DNA of 64,000 nt from Polyangiaceae bacterium (lineage in GTDB: Bacteria; Myxococcota_A; Polyangia; Polyangiales; Polyangiaceae): NCBI GenBank assembly GCA_044376115.1, contig JBILLK010000010.1:96001-160000 (forward strand), in the 5' to 3' direction. Position 1 is the first letter of the stretch. Each line of letters begins with the position of its first letter. Below the pieces are notes generated by a model. That model saw nothing but the letters and a program-made list of their open reading frames with translations, did not search any database and had not been told where the DNA came from. Shown one piece after another: positions 19,070 to 29,853 of this stretch. The translations under genes and the position numbers were made by a program.

Positions 19070-20683
19070 GTGAACTCATCGACCGCAATCGCTTGCAGCG
19101 TCCTGTTGCTCCTAACCGCCAAAGAAGCCCAAGCTCAGCCGACCGTTGCCCCGCCCGTCGAACAACAGGCGGGAGCGGCAATGCCCGCAACTACCGAAAT
19201 CGATCTTGCGGCGCTGGAGAAGCGCCTGCGCGAGCTCGAGCAGCGCGCGACCGCGGCTGAAGCGCGCGAGAAGGCGACACTCGAGCGCGTCGCAGCCCTC
19301 GACAGTGAGCAAAAAGCGTTGGGAGAGTCCGAGCGTCAACGTGCCCAGGAAGAAGCCAAAGCGAAAGAGGCTGCCGGCCGCAAAGCCAAGGACTTTACCC
19401 CCGAGAAGGTGCCATTCTCCTTTGGCGACTTCAGTTGGGTTCCCGGCGGCTACGGCTCCTCGGATAGACCGTTTGCGCTCGGTCCCTTTACAGGTGAGTT
19501 TCGCGTCGACGGCGTCTATCACTACAGCTTCAACGAGCCCGTGGACAACACCATCTCTGGCTCGAGCGAGGTGTTTCGCCACAACGAATTTCAGGTCACC
19601 CAGCTCGGTATCGGCGGGGATTTTTACTACAAAGGCGTTCACGGCCGACTGATGACACAGTTTGGCATGTATTCGCAAACGACGGCCCGCAACGACGCGA
19701 GCGCTGCGCGGGGGCAGTGGAACCTTGACGACGCCTATCGTTACCTATCCGAGGCGTATGGTGGTTATCACATTGACGCTTTGGATGGCATCAACCTACA
19801 GGCCGGCATCTTCATGTCTTACGTAGGGCTTTGGAGCTACTACAACTTTGACAACTGGACCTATCAACCAAGCTACGTATCCTCCAATACACCTTGGTTC
19901 TTCAACGGCATTCGAGCTCAGTTCTTCGTCAATGAGCATGTGAAGATTGAGCCTTGGATCGTCAATGGCTGGCAAGCCTATGGCAAGTTCAATCAAGCGC
20001 CTGGCTTCGGGCTCCAGGTGTTGTGGCGGCCTACGGAATGGTTGTCGATTCTCGGCAATCAGTACATTGGGACAGATCAGCTCGGGCTGCCGGATCGATT
20101 TCGTATTCATACGGATGACAGCGTGATGGTTCGCTACTTCGAGAACAAAGGCGGCGCACTCTCACGCGCCGCGGCCTCGCTGACGGTTGATGCTGGTTGC
20201 GAGTGGGGCGGCGAGGGTACCGCCGTAGCGCCTGATGGTTCCGAGCGTTCACTCGACGTCTCTTGCGGAGATCAGTTCTTCGTCGGCTTCATGGCCTATA
20301 ACCGACTTTGGTTTGCCGACGATTTGCTTGGCTTGACTGTCGGTGGCGGCGCCATTCGTAACCCTGGTCGTTACCTCGTACTCATCCCCCCGGTTAACGG
20401 CGCTACAGGCTATTCGGGCACACCACACTTCACGGCGCTTCCCGGCGATTCTTACGACGCCTGGGATATGCAGATAGCGGGCGACGTCATGCCCAACTCC
20501 TTCGTAACGTTGCGCCTCGAATTCAATCACCGCGCGTCGAGCGTTCCGTACTTCTCAGGTCCGGGCGGCGTTACTCCGCCCGGTGGCAACCAGGGCGGCG
20601 CTGGCTCACTGGTCGAAGGCTGGCAGCCCGATCTAGTGAAGACGGAGGACCGGCTGAGCGGTGCCGTCATGGTCAAGCTGTAA
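19070..20683 (+). CDS. Outer-membrane beta-barrel protein (putative porin, DUF1597-like) with an N-terminal coiled coil
   Basis: Signal peptide (AQA|Q), coiled coil LEKRLRELEQR, then aromatic/Gly-rich amphipathic strands (YLSEAYGGY, AGIFMSYVG, TPWFFNGIR, WIVNGWQ). Confidence 0.8.
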   Translation: MNSSTAIACSVLLLLTAKEAQAQPTVAPPVEQQAGAAMPATTEIDLAALEKRLRELEQRATAAEAREKATLERVAALDSEQKALGESERQRAQEEAKAKEAAGRKAKDFTPEKVPFSFGDFSWVPGGYGSSDRPFALGPFTGEFRVDGVYHYSFNEPVDNTISGSSEVFRHNEFQVTQLGIGGDFYYKGVHGRLMTQFGMYSQTTARNDASAARGQWNLDDAYRYLSEAYGGYHIDALDGINLQAGIFMSYVGLWSYYNFDNWTYQPSYVSSNTPWFFNGIRAQFFVNEHVKIEPWIVNGWQAYGKFNQAPGFGLQVLWRPTEWLSILGNQYIGTDQLGLPDRFRIHTDDSVMVRYFENKGGALSRAAASLTVDAGCEWGGEGTAVAPDGSERSLDVSCGDQFFVGFMAYNRLWFADDLLGLTVGGGAIRNPGRYLVLIPPVNGATGYSGTPHFTALPGDSYDAWDMQIAGDVMPNSFVTLRLEFNHRASSVPYFSGPGGVTPPGGNQGGAGSLVEGWQPDLVKTEDRLSGAVMVKL

Positions 20684-20763
20684 TAGCCCCAGCACGCGGA
20701 CGAGCGCGCTGCTCACTTTGAGCTTCCGCCGTCTGAGCAGGCACGGGCTATAGTGACGCCCCG

Positions 20764-21417
20764 ATGAGCGCTCCGAAGCAGCTGACGCTGGTGGGCTATG
20801 GCTGGCACTTCGTCCCGCGCATCCCGTTCGAGTTGGGCCGACTGGCTTCGGGGGACGTGGTGGTGGTTCATCACGCCCAGCCCAGGCTTCCGAAGCTGCG
20901 GCTGCAGCCCTATGAGCAGGGCGTTCGCGTCGCGCTTGGCCCTGGTACCCAGAGTGCCGACGAGGTCGTGGATGACTACGTCGATGGACAAGCACCGGAG
21001 GGCCCTGATTGGTCGCTAGGGTTCCAGGCCGGGTACCTCATGCCTTGGCCGCTCGGCACGAGTGTTTGGTCAACCAAGGATCACGTCGATTGGCCCGTGG
21101 AGCTCACGTTACAAGGTAGCCAGCGGGACGAGATGCTCTACGTGCAAGGTCCTTTCGAGCGAAAGCGCAGCGTGGTGCTCTCCGGACTTGTCGGTCCAGG
21201 GATGGAACTCGCTTCAGCCGCTGAGTGGAGCGCAGCCTCGGGTCGCGTCGAGTCGATCGTAATGCGACATTGGATCGAGCAGCGTGAGTGGCGCCAATAG
21301 CGATGTCTCGTGCCGCTCGGTGACGAGTTCGACCTGCTCGTGACCGCCCAAGCAACGCTGGCGAACGAGCAACGCATGCGATCGATCGTTGAACTTGTGG
21401 CGGCTGGGATTCGCTGA
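20764..21417 (+). pseudogene. Hypothetical protein interrupted by an in-frame TAG at 21298-21300
   Basis: The frame stays open and protein-like for 38 more codons (RCLVPLGDEFDLLVTAQATLANEQRMRSIVELVAAGIR) to TGA 21417. The TAG could also be the real stop. Confidence 0.45.
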
Positions 21418-21474
21418 GCCGCCGGAGCCAAGTCGCGATACACTGCTCGGCTTGTGTCACGGGGGAATGGGGCT

Positions 21475-22068
21475 GTGAGCGAACAACCTTTGGAAGCCAA
21501 GGGAGTGATCTTTTTGTCGATGCTGGAGGCCGTCGCCGAGGTGGATGGCCACGACGCGCGAAACCGCGTCGTCGCAGCATTGCAAGGCCCACTTGGCGAG
21601 GCATTGCGTTCGGGCGCCGTTACGCGAGTGGGCTGGTATCCGATTGCTTGGTACGGCGTGCTGCACGAAGCAATGCAGAGAGAGCTCCGAGGTGGGCACG
21701 AGAAGGTTCGCTTGCTCGGTCGCAAGTCGACGTAGATCGACACACGTGGCCTGCTTCGTTATGTGCTGGCGCTTTCTACGCCGAACCTCTTATTCCGCTA
21801 CGGCTCCAAGATCTTCGGCTCGTACCTGCGTGGTGGGGAGGTCTTTTCCGAGCACGGCGACGGCGCTGCCGAACTTCGCTTCACCAACATGAGTGAAGCG
21901 CCTGACGTCATGTTCGTCGAGTGGCAGGGCGGCATCGCGAGCTTGCTCGAGCACGCAGGAGCGCGCAACGTCGTGGTTCACCCCGCGGTGCGCAAACGCT
22001 CCCATCCCCTGCAACTGCCAAGTAGCGCCCCCGGCGACCTTGTATCCATACGCGTAAACTGGGAGTAA
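21475..22068 (+). pseudogene. Myxobacterial TIGR02265/DUF2378-like protein split by an in-frame TAG at 21733-21735
   Basis: ORFs 21454-21735 and 21763-22068 are in the same frame. Joined text: AKGVIF...GWYPIAW...LGRKST*IDTRGLLRYVLALSTPNLLF...WQGGIASLLEHAGARNV...RVNWE. Confidence 0.65.
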
Positions 22069-22157
22069 CGCGCTGAGTTGAGCCGAGCGAGGGCAGCCTT
22101 TCGCGTGCACTTTCAGCGTGCCGTCGGAACCAGCCCGTTGGCCTTTCGCAAAGCGTT

Positions 22158-22571
22158 TCAGCCTTCCGGCTGACTCAAGGGCACACAGCCGTTGCCGTCC
22201 CAACAGGCGTCGCCCGCGTCGGGAGAGCAGCAGCCACCTTGCTCCGAAAGGCCGCCAGCGCAAGGCGCGTAAAGCAGCTGGTCTTGCGCAAGGCACACTT
22301 CCACCAGTGCGTCAGGATCGCTAACACAGCGCTCCCCGTCCCAGCACTCACCAGGCTCGCTGCAAACACAACCTGGGCCATTGGAATGCGTACAAACCGT
22401 AAGGTCGCAGTGGTCGAAACTGCCACCGCAGTCGCCCCCGCTCCAATCGGCACCACCGGCCTCACAGATCTCCTGTTCCGAGGGGGCCACAACCTCGCTG
22501 CCGCAGGCCGTTAGCGTAAGCGCGCCAACGGTCACAATACCCATTACGTTGGTACGACTGAGGCTCACCAT
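22158..22571 (-). CDS. Cys-rich lipoprotein
   Basis: LTAC lipobox. Two repeats ending CWDGERCV and CWDGNGCV. ATG overlaps the upstream stop (TGATG). Confidence 0.65.
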   Translation of the reverse strand: MVSLSRTNVMGIVTVGALTLTACGSEVVAPSEQEICEAGGADWSGGDCGGSFDHCDLTVCTHSNGPGCVCSEPGECWDGERCVSDPDALVEVCLAQDQLLYAPCAGGLSEQGGCCSPDAGDACWDGNGCVPLSQPEG

Positions 22572-23497
22572 CACAACCCCAAGAAGAAGGAGCGAATGCC
22601 AACCCCAGCGAAGCGTGGCCATTCATGACCGCCCGAGTGTTCACACCACATTACGGGCTCGCTGCACCCTTCATAACTGACGCACGGCGAAGGTTCACTG
22701 GGAGCGCTAGGCGCGGCGGCACAACCGTTTGCCTCGAGCCAGTGCTCTCGACTGTTGAGCCCGTTCTCGATGGGAACATCGCTATCGGCGGAGCCGTGCA
22801 CCAGCATCGCAGCCACCGAGCCGGTGCACTCTCCTGCCCACGGTCCGCCCCCTGCCACCGGTGCAATGGCGCGGAAGAGCTCCGGCCGGTAGCAACCGAG
22901 ATGGTTGGAGAAGGAGGCGCCATGACTGTGCCCCGCAGCAAAGACGCGCGCAGGGTCAATGCAGTGTTCGGCGCTCAGCTTGGCTACCAGCGCATCAATG
23001 AAGGCGACGTCCACCCCGTCTACCGTCATATCCCACCCGATACCGCCGTTCTGATCGGGCAGCGGCAAGGCCTGCGGATAGGCGTATACCGCGGCCTCGG
23101 TTCCGGTGAGATTAAAGTATTGGCTGGCCGCATCACCGGTACCACCAAAGCCGTGAAAGCCGAAGATCAGCGGAACAGCGGTCGAACCATCGAGCGCAAC
23201 AGGAATAGCGAGTACATAACTTCGGCTCGCACCGTTTACCTCGAGCGTCTGCGTTGTTGTCCCCGCGGCCGAGACCAAGCCAGCGCACGAAGGGCCATTG
23301 CCTCCACCACCGCTGCCTGGCGCCCCGCCATTGGCGGAACCACCGGCTCCCCCGCTAGAGGAAGGAGATGCGCCCGAACCATCGCTTCCTCCCGCATCCC
23401 CCGCTCCCGAAGCTCCAGCCCCGGCCTCACCGCTCGAGCCAGCATCGCCACATGCCGACAGCAACAGCACACTGCCAACGAGCCAAACACTACGCAT
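22571..23497 (-). CDS. LpqC/PHB-depolymerase/feruloyl-esterase-like alpha/beta hydrolase lipoprotein
   Basis: LSAC lipobox, Gly-rich tether, FHGFGG, DVAFIDALV, IDPARVFAAGHSHG (nucleophile), HGSAD, GGHEWP. Confidence 0.88.
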   Translation of the reverse strand: MRSVWLVGSVLLLSACGDAGSSGEAGAGASGAGDAGGSDGSGASPSSSGGAGGSANGGAPGSGGGGNGPSCAGLVSAAGTTTQTLEVNGASRSYVLAIPVALDGSTAVPLIFGFHGFGGTGDAASQYFNLTGTEAAVYAYPQALPLPDQNGGIGWDMTVDGVDVAFIDALVAKLSAEHCIDPARVFAAGHSHGASFSNHLGCYRPELFRAIAPVAGGGPWAGECTGSVAAMLVHGSADSDVPIENGLNSREHWLEANGCAAAPSAPSEPSPCVSYEGCSEPVMWCEHSGGHEWPRFAGVGIRSFFLGL

Positions 23498-23590
23498 GGC
23501 TCAATGCTCGCAGTCGAGGCGCCAAAACTCCAGCGTGGCGAGGGTGCTTTGAACAAGGTTGAACCTTGCGCGCCTAGCTCGAACGCTAGC

Positions 23591-23917
23591 TCATCGCGCG
23601 CTCGGAGCGGATGGCGCGGTCTCCGGCGTGGCACGAATTGCATCGTAAGCGCCCTCGAAAGCTGCCTTGGTCTCAGACCAAAATTTGTCGACGCCAGTGA
23701 CAAATTCGTCCCACTTGTCGTCGGTTGCCTCAGCCATTTCGACAAGTTTGGTACGCGCGTGCTCCAGTTGCTTCTTCACACCCTCGAGGTGAGGCTGCGC
23801 GGCGATCTTTGCGTCCGCGGTGAGTTTGTCTTGATGGGCGGAGAGCTCCTCCAGTTTGGCGGACCACTCGTGAAGTTGGGCTTGGTACTTGTCTCGGTAA
23901 AGCTCGCGCTTGGTCAT
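23591..23917 (-). CDS. Small coiled-coil protein (sll1863-like)
   Basis: AAGGAG RBS then MTKRELYRDKYQAQLHEWSAKLEEL...DDKWDEF...FWSETKAAFE. Confidence 0.7.
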   Translation of the reverse strand: MTKRELYRDKYQAQLHEWSAKLEELSAHQDKLTADAKIAAQPHLEGVKKQLEHARTKLVEMAEATDDKWDEFVTGVDKFWSETKAAFEGAYDAIRATPETAPSAPSAR

Positions 23918-24007
23918 GGTGCTCTCCTTGGGCATGGTGCCCAGCTCCACCAAGCAACTTTGGGTCCAGCAAGCGTGTGCCGAGGAAGCGGCGTAAGCTG
24001 CGCAGCC

Positions 24008-24595
24008 GTGAGTGTTTCGGGCTTCTTCTCCTTGCCGCTTTGGAGCCGCGTTGCGATCGGCGTGATTGTCCTGAGCGTGGCCGCCGGCGCGGGAGCCTTG
24101 ATAGAGAGCCACAAACACAAGGGTCAACGCCTGTCCACGGATCCTGAACCGCTACAGTCGCTGCGTGTGTGTGAGCAGAGTCCTGAGCAACTACAGCGAC
24201 TGCTCGAGCGCAACGCAAGCCAGCTTCGGCTTTGGACAGTCGGCTTGCTTCCACAGGGCCTCGCCGCAACTGGGCAGACCAAAGACGGCCGCTTGGTATC
24301 GTTGTTCTGTGCTGCACCGCTGGAGTCCTGCGTAAGCACCGCTGTGCCGCAACAACCACCCGTTGCACTCGTCCGGGGGTTCGACACGACCGAGATTCCG
24401 TGGGAACAACTTGCTTCACACTGCGCCGACGCTGAACGTCGCTTTGCTAACGAGAGTGAACTGCGCGGCAAGGCAGAGAACGTTTTTTTCGCTAGCGAGA
24501 AGTCGAAGACCTGGACCATCGCCGTCAGCGACGGGCGCTCGACCTCCCAATATTGCTACGATACAGGGAGGAACGCCTTCGGCTGTGAGCCATAG
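24008..24595 (+). CDS. Hypothetical protein with an N-terminal membrane anchor
   Basis: 3' part of ORF 22625-24595 with TM segment VAIGVIVLSVAAGAGALI and six Cys. GTG start inferred. Confidence 0.5.
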   Translation: MSVSGFFSLPLWSRVAIGVIVLSVAAGAGALIESHKHKGQRLSTDPEPLQSLRVCEQSPEQLQRLLERNASQLRLWTVGLLPQGLAATGQTKDGRLVSLFCAAPLESCVSTAVPQQPPVALVRGFDTTEIPWEQLASHCADAERRFANESELRGKAENVFFASEKSKTWTIAVSDGRSTSQYCYDTGRNAFGCEP

Positions 24596-24602
24596 CGAGA
24601 CC

Positions 24603-24956
24603 TCAATAGCGCTCTGCCATCGCTTGGCGATTCCCTGACTGCCAGCGGGAGTAACGCACCACCAGCGCAACGCCACCGAGCGCAAATAACAAAGCGCCTA
24701 CCGCGATGGGTGCCCACAACCAGCCAAACAGCGTGCCCGCGCGCACGGCCGAAAGCAGGGGTACAGCTGTGACAACCGCCGTCACCCCGCCGGTAATGAC
24801 GCAGGCATAGCCTACCACTCGACTGTTATTGGATGGTGCCGACCGAGCCTTGAGTAACAGCACGAACCAGAGGATCCCATTCGGAATGGCGACCGCGATC
24901 GTGAGGACCAAGAGTCCAGCGTAAAGCAGGAACTCTGCCTCCCCACCCAAGCCCAT
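24603..24956 (-). CDS. Small hypothetical membrane protein (about 3 TM)
   Basis: Three hydrophobic segments; start uncertain. Confidence 0.5.
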   Translation of the reverse strand: MGLGGEAEFLLYAGLLVLTIAVAIPNGILWFVLLLKARSAPSNNSRVVGYACVITGGVTAVVTAVPLLSAVRAGTLFGWLWAPIAVGALLFALGGVALVVRYSRWQSGNRQAMAERY

Positions 24957-25117
24957 TCCACCGTTGGCGAATAACGCCGCCGACTGCTGATTAAGGCTCA
25001 CCGAACCTCCTGTTAGACGCCCGTTCGCCAAAGCGAATCCTCAGCAATCGCATGCCTTTGATGGGAGCACGCCCAGATGCAGCGTCAAGCCGGCTTGCCT
25101 GCGGATTCAGCAAGGAG

Positions 25118-25155
25118 TTGATAGTTTCTTGATACCCACGCGGCGTAGCTTGATC
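25118..25155 (+). promoter_or_regulatory. Putative KdpE-binding direct repeats upstream of the kdp operon
   Basis: TTGATA at 25118 and 25129, TTGATC at 25150 (11- and 21-bp phasing typical of OmpR/PhoB-family sites). Confidence 0.65.
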
Positions 25156-25201
25156 TCGACGATACGGCACCAACGGTAAGACAGCCCGAGGAGCTGATCC
25201 T

Positions 25202-25288
25202 TTGGACTTCGTCTTCATTCTCATTACCTGCGGGTTCTTCCTGCTGAGCTGGGGTTTCGTGCGCTTGTGCGAGAAGGTGTCGTCATGA
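25202..25288 (+). CDS. 28-aa membrane peptide upstream of kdpF (not in the ORF track)
   Basis: GAGGAG RBS at 25188-25193, TTG start, [28 protein letters not shown]. The TGA overlaps the kdpF ATG. Confidence 0.75.
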   Translation: MDFVFILITCGFFLLSWGFVRLCEKVSS

Positions 25289-25377
25289 CGCTGTTGCTCA
25301 TCATCGGCGGCGCCCTCGCAACAGCCTTGCTCGCCTACTTGGGCTTTGCGCTGCTCTACCCCGAGAGGCTCTCATGA
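25285..25377 (+). CDS. kdpF: K+-transporting ATPase subunit F
   Basis: [30 protein letters not shown] matches the KdpF YLxxALLxPE(R/K) pattern. ATGA overlap with kdpA. Confidence 0.9.
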   Translation: MTLLLIIGGALATALLAYLGFALLYPERLS

Positions 25378-27114
25378 CCGCCAATACGTTTCTCCAGCTC
25401 GCTCTATTCCTCGTGCTGCTGGTCGCGCTTGCCGTGCCGCTCGGAGGCTATATGGCGCGCGTGTACAGCGGAGAAGCACACCTTGCGCAACGCATCGTGG
25501 GACCGTTCGAGCGACTACTTTATCGACTCTCGGGCGTTCGCGAAGACGACGAGATGACCTGGAAGCAGTACACCGCCAGCGTCCTTTGCTTCAACCTGCT
25601 CGGCGCGCTGATGGTGTATCTGCTGCAACGCGTTCAGGCCTCCCTACCCCTCAATCCCAACGGGCTCGCGAACGTGCCTCCAGAGGTTTCGTTCAATACC
25701 GCTGTAAGCTTCGCGACCAACACCAACGGCAAGCCTACAGCGGCGAGACGACCATGAGTCATCTGACCCAGATGCTCGGCCTCGCGGTTCAGAACTTCGT
25801 CTCGGCCGCCGTTGGAATGGCGGTGCTGATCGCCTTCATTCGTGGCTTTACGCGCAGCAGCAGCGAGCGGCTCGGCAACTTCTGGGTCGACCTTACGCGC
25901 TCCACTCTTTACGTCCTACTGCCTCTCTCCTTCGTGCTCGCGCTCGCACTCGTTTCGCAGGGTGTCGTTCAAACCTTGAGCGGCACCGCGACGGTGCAGC
26001 TGCTCGACCCGGTATCCACCGAAACCGGTGAAAGCCTCGAGCAGGTGCTAGCGATTGGGCCAGCAGCTTCGCAAATAGCGATCAAGCAGCTGGGGACCAA
26101 CGGCGGCGGCTTCTTCAATGCCAACGCCGCACACCCATTCGAGAACCCAACTCCGCTTGCAAACCTCCTGCAGCTGCTGGCGATATTGCTGATCCCGGCC
26201 GCCCTCTGCTTCACCTTCGGCGCCCTCGTGAAAGACCGCCGCCAAGGCTGGACGGTGTTCGCGGCGATGTTGACGATCTTCATACCGCTGCTCGTGGCCA
26301 CCACCGCCCTCGAGCAGGCAGGGAACCCATTGCTCACCGACGCTGGAGTCGACCAGGCCGCCTCTGCGCTCTCGGCAGGCGGGAACATGGAGGGCAAGGA
26401 GGTTCGCTTCGGCATCACTAACAGCGCGCTTTGGGCCACAGCGACGACCGCGGCGTCCAACGGCTCGGTCAATGCCATGCACGACAGCTTCACGCCACTC
26501 GGCGGTCTCATTCCGCTCTGGCTCATGCAGCTTGGGGAGATCGTCTTTGGGGGTGGCGGTTCAGGCCTTTACGGCATGCTCGTCTACGCCATCTTGTCGG
26601 TATTCATCGCTGGGTTGATGGTCGGCCGCACGCCCGAATACCTCGGTAAAAAGATCGAGGCCCACGAGATGAAGATGGCCTCGCTGGTGATTCTGCTCCC
26701 AGCGGCGGCCACGCTGATTGGCACAGCGATCGCGTGCGTTGCCCCGGCCGGCACAGCAACGCTAGGGAACCCCGGAGCGCACGGGTTCAGTGAGATTCTT
26801 TACGCCTTCTCGTCAGGAGCGAACAACAACGGCTCGGCCTTCGGTGGGTTGACAGCCAGCGGCAGCTTCTACGCCACGGCGATTGGGATTTGATGTTGAT
26901 CGGGCGCTACTGGGTCATTGTCCCAGTGCTCGCCATCGCTGGCTCCCTCGCAAAAAAGAAGCGTATTCCCGCGAGCGCCGGAACGTTGCCGACGCACACG
27001 CCGCTCTTCACCGGGCTCTTGGTTGGAACCATCGTGCTGATCGGAGCACTCACGTTTCTACCTGCGCTCGCGCTCGGTCCCATTGTCGAACACCTCCAGC
27101 TTGCGGGTCGCTGA
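25374..27114 (+). pseudogene. kdpA: K+-transporting ATPase subunit A with two single-base frameshifts (real or sequencing error)
   Basis: Three fragments: ...SFATNTN / QAYSGE...KQLGTNGGG...[12 protein letters not shown]...NNNGSAF...TAIGI / MLIGRY...[15 protein letters not shown]. One base missing at 25727/25728 and one near 26890. Confidence 0.93.
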
Positions 27115-27123
27115 AAGACAATC

Positions 27124-29235
27124 ATGTCTAGCTCTGCTCATCATCCTAAACCGCTGTTCGATCTCAGCATCATCCGGCCCGCAATCCTCGACGCGTTCAA
27201 GAAGCTCCACCCCCGGCGGATGCTCAAGAACCCAGTCATGTTCGTGGTGGAGGTTGGCAGCGCGTTCACTACGCTCCTGTTTCTGCACGCAGCGTTTACC
27301 GGCCAAGGGGACGCGCACCCTGGCTTCATCCTCGCCATCGCTTTGTGGCTCTGGTTCACGGTGCTGTTTGCCAACTTCGCCGAAGCCATGGCGGAGGGCC
27401 GCGGAAAGGCGCAAGCAGACACACTACGTAAAGCTCGACAGGACGTTGTGGCCAAGCGCGTTCGAGGCGGCCTCAAAAGCACCGTCTCCCTCGCGGATCC
27501 AGCCCTGAGGGCGGACGCGCTCGAGGAGGTGATCTCGTCGTCGCTGCGCGTGGACGACGTCGTCTTCGTACTCGCTGGAGAGCTCATCCCCGCCGACGGC
27601 GAAATCATCGAAGGGGTCGCCTCGGTCGATGAGAGCGCCATCACCGGCGAAAGCGCCCCGGTCATTCGCGAGAGCGGCGGCGACCGAAGCGCCGTTACGG
27701 GCGGCACCCGCGTGCTCTCCGATTGGCTGGTTATTCGCGTATCGACCAATCCCGGTGAGACCTTTCTCGACCGCATGATCGCCATGGTCGAGGGAGCCAA
27801 GCGGAAGAAGACGCCTAACGAGATTGCCCTCGACATACTTCTCGCCGCGCTGACGATCATCTTCTTGTTGGCGACAGTAACGCTGCTCCCATTCTCGCAA
27901 TACGCAGTCAAGAGCTCCGGCCAAGGCATTCCAGTGCCTCTCACCATCTTGGTCGCGCTGCTCGTATGCCTGATTCCTACCACCATTGGGGGTTTGCTAT
28001 CTGCAATTGGCATTGCCGGCATGGACCGTATGATCCAGGCCAATGTAATTGCGACTTCAGGCCGCGCTGTCGAGGCCGCCGGTGACGTGGACGTGCTGCT
28101 GCTCGACAAGACTGGCACCATCACGCTCGGTAACCGTCAGGCCACCGAGTTCCTCGCAGCGCCTGGCGTCGTTGAGCGGGAGCTGGCCGACGCAGCTCAG
28201 CTGTCCTCGCTCGCCGACGAGACGCCCGAGGGCCGATCGATTGTGGTGTTGGCAAAGGAGAAACACGGCCTGCGCGGTCGCGAGCTCGAGGGCTTGGGCG
28301 CGAGCTTCGTGCCGTTTACCGCCCAAACTCGCATGAGCGGCGTGGACCTCGAAGGCAGGCAGATCCGCAAAGGCGCCACCGATGCGATCGTCCGCTTCGT
28401 CGAGTCCAATGGCGGGTCGTTCCCACAGAAGGTTCGGGCCACCGTCGAGGAAGTGGCGAAGCAAGGAGCCACCCCGCTGGTGGTCGCCGATGGCGCTCGC
28501 GTACTAGGGGTGGTCCAGCTCAAAGACATCGTCAAAGGCGGTATCCGAGAGCGCTTCGCCGAGATGCGTCGAATCGGGATCAAGACCGTGATGATCACCG
28601 GAGACAACCCGCTAACGGCTGCGGCGATCGCTACCGAGGCCGGCGTCGACGACTACCTGGCAGAGGCAACCCCCGAGGCCAAGCTCGCGATGATCCGCGA
28701 CTACCAACAGAAGGGGCATCTCGTCGCGATGACGGGTGACGGTACCAACGATGCTCCTGCATTGGCCCAAGCCGACGTCGCCGTAGCGATGAACACCGGG
28801 ACCCAAGCCGCCAAAGAGGCCGGCAACATGGTGGATCTCGACTCCAACCCAACCAAGTTGCTGTCCATTGTCGAGATTGGCAAGCAGATGCTGATGACGC
28901 GCGGAGCACTGACGACCTTCAGCATCGCAAACGATCTCGCCAAGTACTTCGCCATTATCCCAGCGGCGTTCGTGGCAACCTATCCAGCTCTCGGCGCGCT
29001 CAACGTGATGGGTTTGCATTCGCCGTCGACGGCGGTGCTCAGCGCCGTGATCTTCAACGCACTCATCATCGTTGCGCTGATACCGCTCGCGCTGCGCGGA
29101 ATCACTTACCGCCCAGCGCCGGCCTCAACGCTGTTACGCCGCAACATACTTATCTACGGCCTGGGCGGAGTGCTCTTGCCGTTCCCCTGCATCAAGCTGA
29201 TCGACCTCGCACTCAGCGCCGTCGGAATGAGCTGA
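27124..29235 (+). CDS. kdpB: K+-transporting ATPase subunit B (P-type)
   Basis: [37 protein letters not shown]; intact. Confidence 0.98.
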   Translation: MSSSAHHPKPLFDLSIIRPAILDAFKKLHPRRMLKNPVMFVVEVGSAFTTLLFLHAAFTGQGDAHPGFILAIALWLWFTVLFANFAEAMAEGRGKAQADTLRKARQDVVAKRVRGGLKSTVSLADPALRADALEEVISSSLRVDDVVFVLAGELIPADGEIIEGVASVDESAITGESAPVIRESGGDRSAVTGGTRVLSDWLVIRVSTNPGETFLDRMIAMVEGAKRKKTPNEIALDILLAALTIIFLLATVTLLPFSQYAVKSSGQGIPVPLTILVALLVCLIPTTIGGLLSAIGIAGMDRMIQANVIATSGRAVEAAGDVDVLLLDKTGTITLGNRQATEFLAAPGVVERELADAAQLSSLADETPEGRSIVVLAKEKHGLRGRELEGLGASFVPFTAQTRMSGVDLEGRQIRKGATDAIVRFVESNGGSFPQKVRATVEEVAKQGATPLVVADGARVLGVVQLKDIVKGGIRERFAEMRRIGIKTVMITGDNPLTAAAIATEAGVDDYLAEATPEAKLAMIRDYQQKGHLVAMTGDGTNDAPALAQADVAVAMNTGTQAAKEAGNMVDLDSNPTKLLSIVEIGKQMLMTRGALTTFSIANDLAKYFAIIPAAFVATYPALGALNVMGLHSPSTAVLSAVIFNALIIVALIPLALRGITYRPAPASTLLRRNILIYGLGGVLLPFPCIKLIDLALSAVGMS

Positions 29236-29245
29236 AGGTAAAACC

Positions 29246-29818
29246 ATGTTTACCAGTCTTCGTCCTGCAATCACCCTGCTCGCGCTGTTCACTCTAATCA
29301 CCGGTATTGTCTACCCCCTGGCCGTCACCGCGGCGGCGCAGGCAGCCTTCCCTGTGCAAGCCAATGGCAGTCTGATCGAGCAGAATGGGCGCGTGCTCGG
29401 CTCCCGTCTAATCGCACAACCGTTCGATCAAGAGCGCTACTTCTGGGGGCGGCCTTCCGCTACGAGCCCATGGCCGAATAACGCCTCAGCCTCGACCGGC
29501 TCAAACGTGGGCCCAACCAACCCTGCGCTGAGCACCGCGGTGAATGAACGCGTCGCGGCGCTTCGCGCGGCCTCTCCCGCGCAGGGGGCGACGGCCATTC
29601 CGGTGGACCTGGTCACGAGCTCGGGGAGCGGGCTCGACCCGCACGTATCGCCGGCAGCGGCGCTCTTCCAAGTACAGCGCGTTGCGCTGGCGCGCGGCCT
29701 ATCCGAGGACCGTGTTCGCAGCTTAGTGGAGGAGCATACGGAACCACGGAGCTTTGGTATTTGGGGCGAACCTCGGGTGAACATTCTGCTCCTCAACATG
29801 GCGCTTGACGGGCTGTAG
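29246..29818 (+). CDS. kdpC: K+-transporting ATPase subunit C
   Basis: QANGSL, YFWGRPSA, PVDLVTSSGSGLDPHVS, GEPRVNILLLNMALD. Confidence 0.97.
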   Translation: MFTSLRPAITLLALFTLITGIVYPLAVTAAAQAAFPVQANGSLIEQNGRVLGSRLIAQPFDQERYFWGRPSATSPWPNNASASTGSNVGPTNPALSTAVNERVAALRAASPAQGATAIPVDLVTSSGSGLDPHVSPAAALFQVQRVALARGLSEDRVRSLVEEHTEPRSFGIWGEPRVNILLLNMALDGL

Positions 29819-29853
29819 AGCGGCGACAACGTAAGGCTGACGAAGCGCGACGA

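Noticed and set aside
23968..23982. Sigma54-like CGGCAC-ACGC-TTGCT upstream of the coiled-coil gene (minus strand)
   Set aside because: GG-to-GC spacing is one base short of the strict requirement.
22625..24007. 5' two-thirds of the 656-aa plus-strand ORF
   Set aside because: Antisense shadow of the esterase and coiled-coil genes. Only the part from about 24008 looks like a real protein.
26891..26893. TGA in kdpA as selenocysteine or read-through
   Set aside because: The downstream KdpA sequence continues in a different frame, so this is an indel rather than an in-frame stop.
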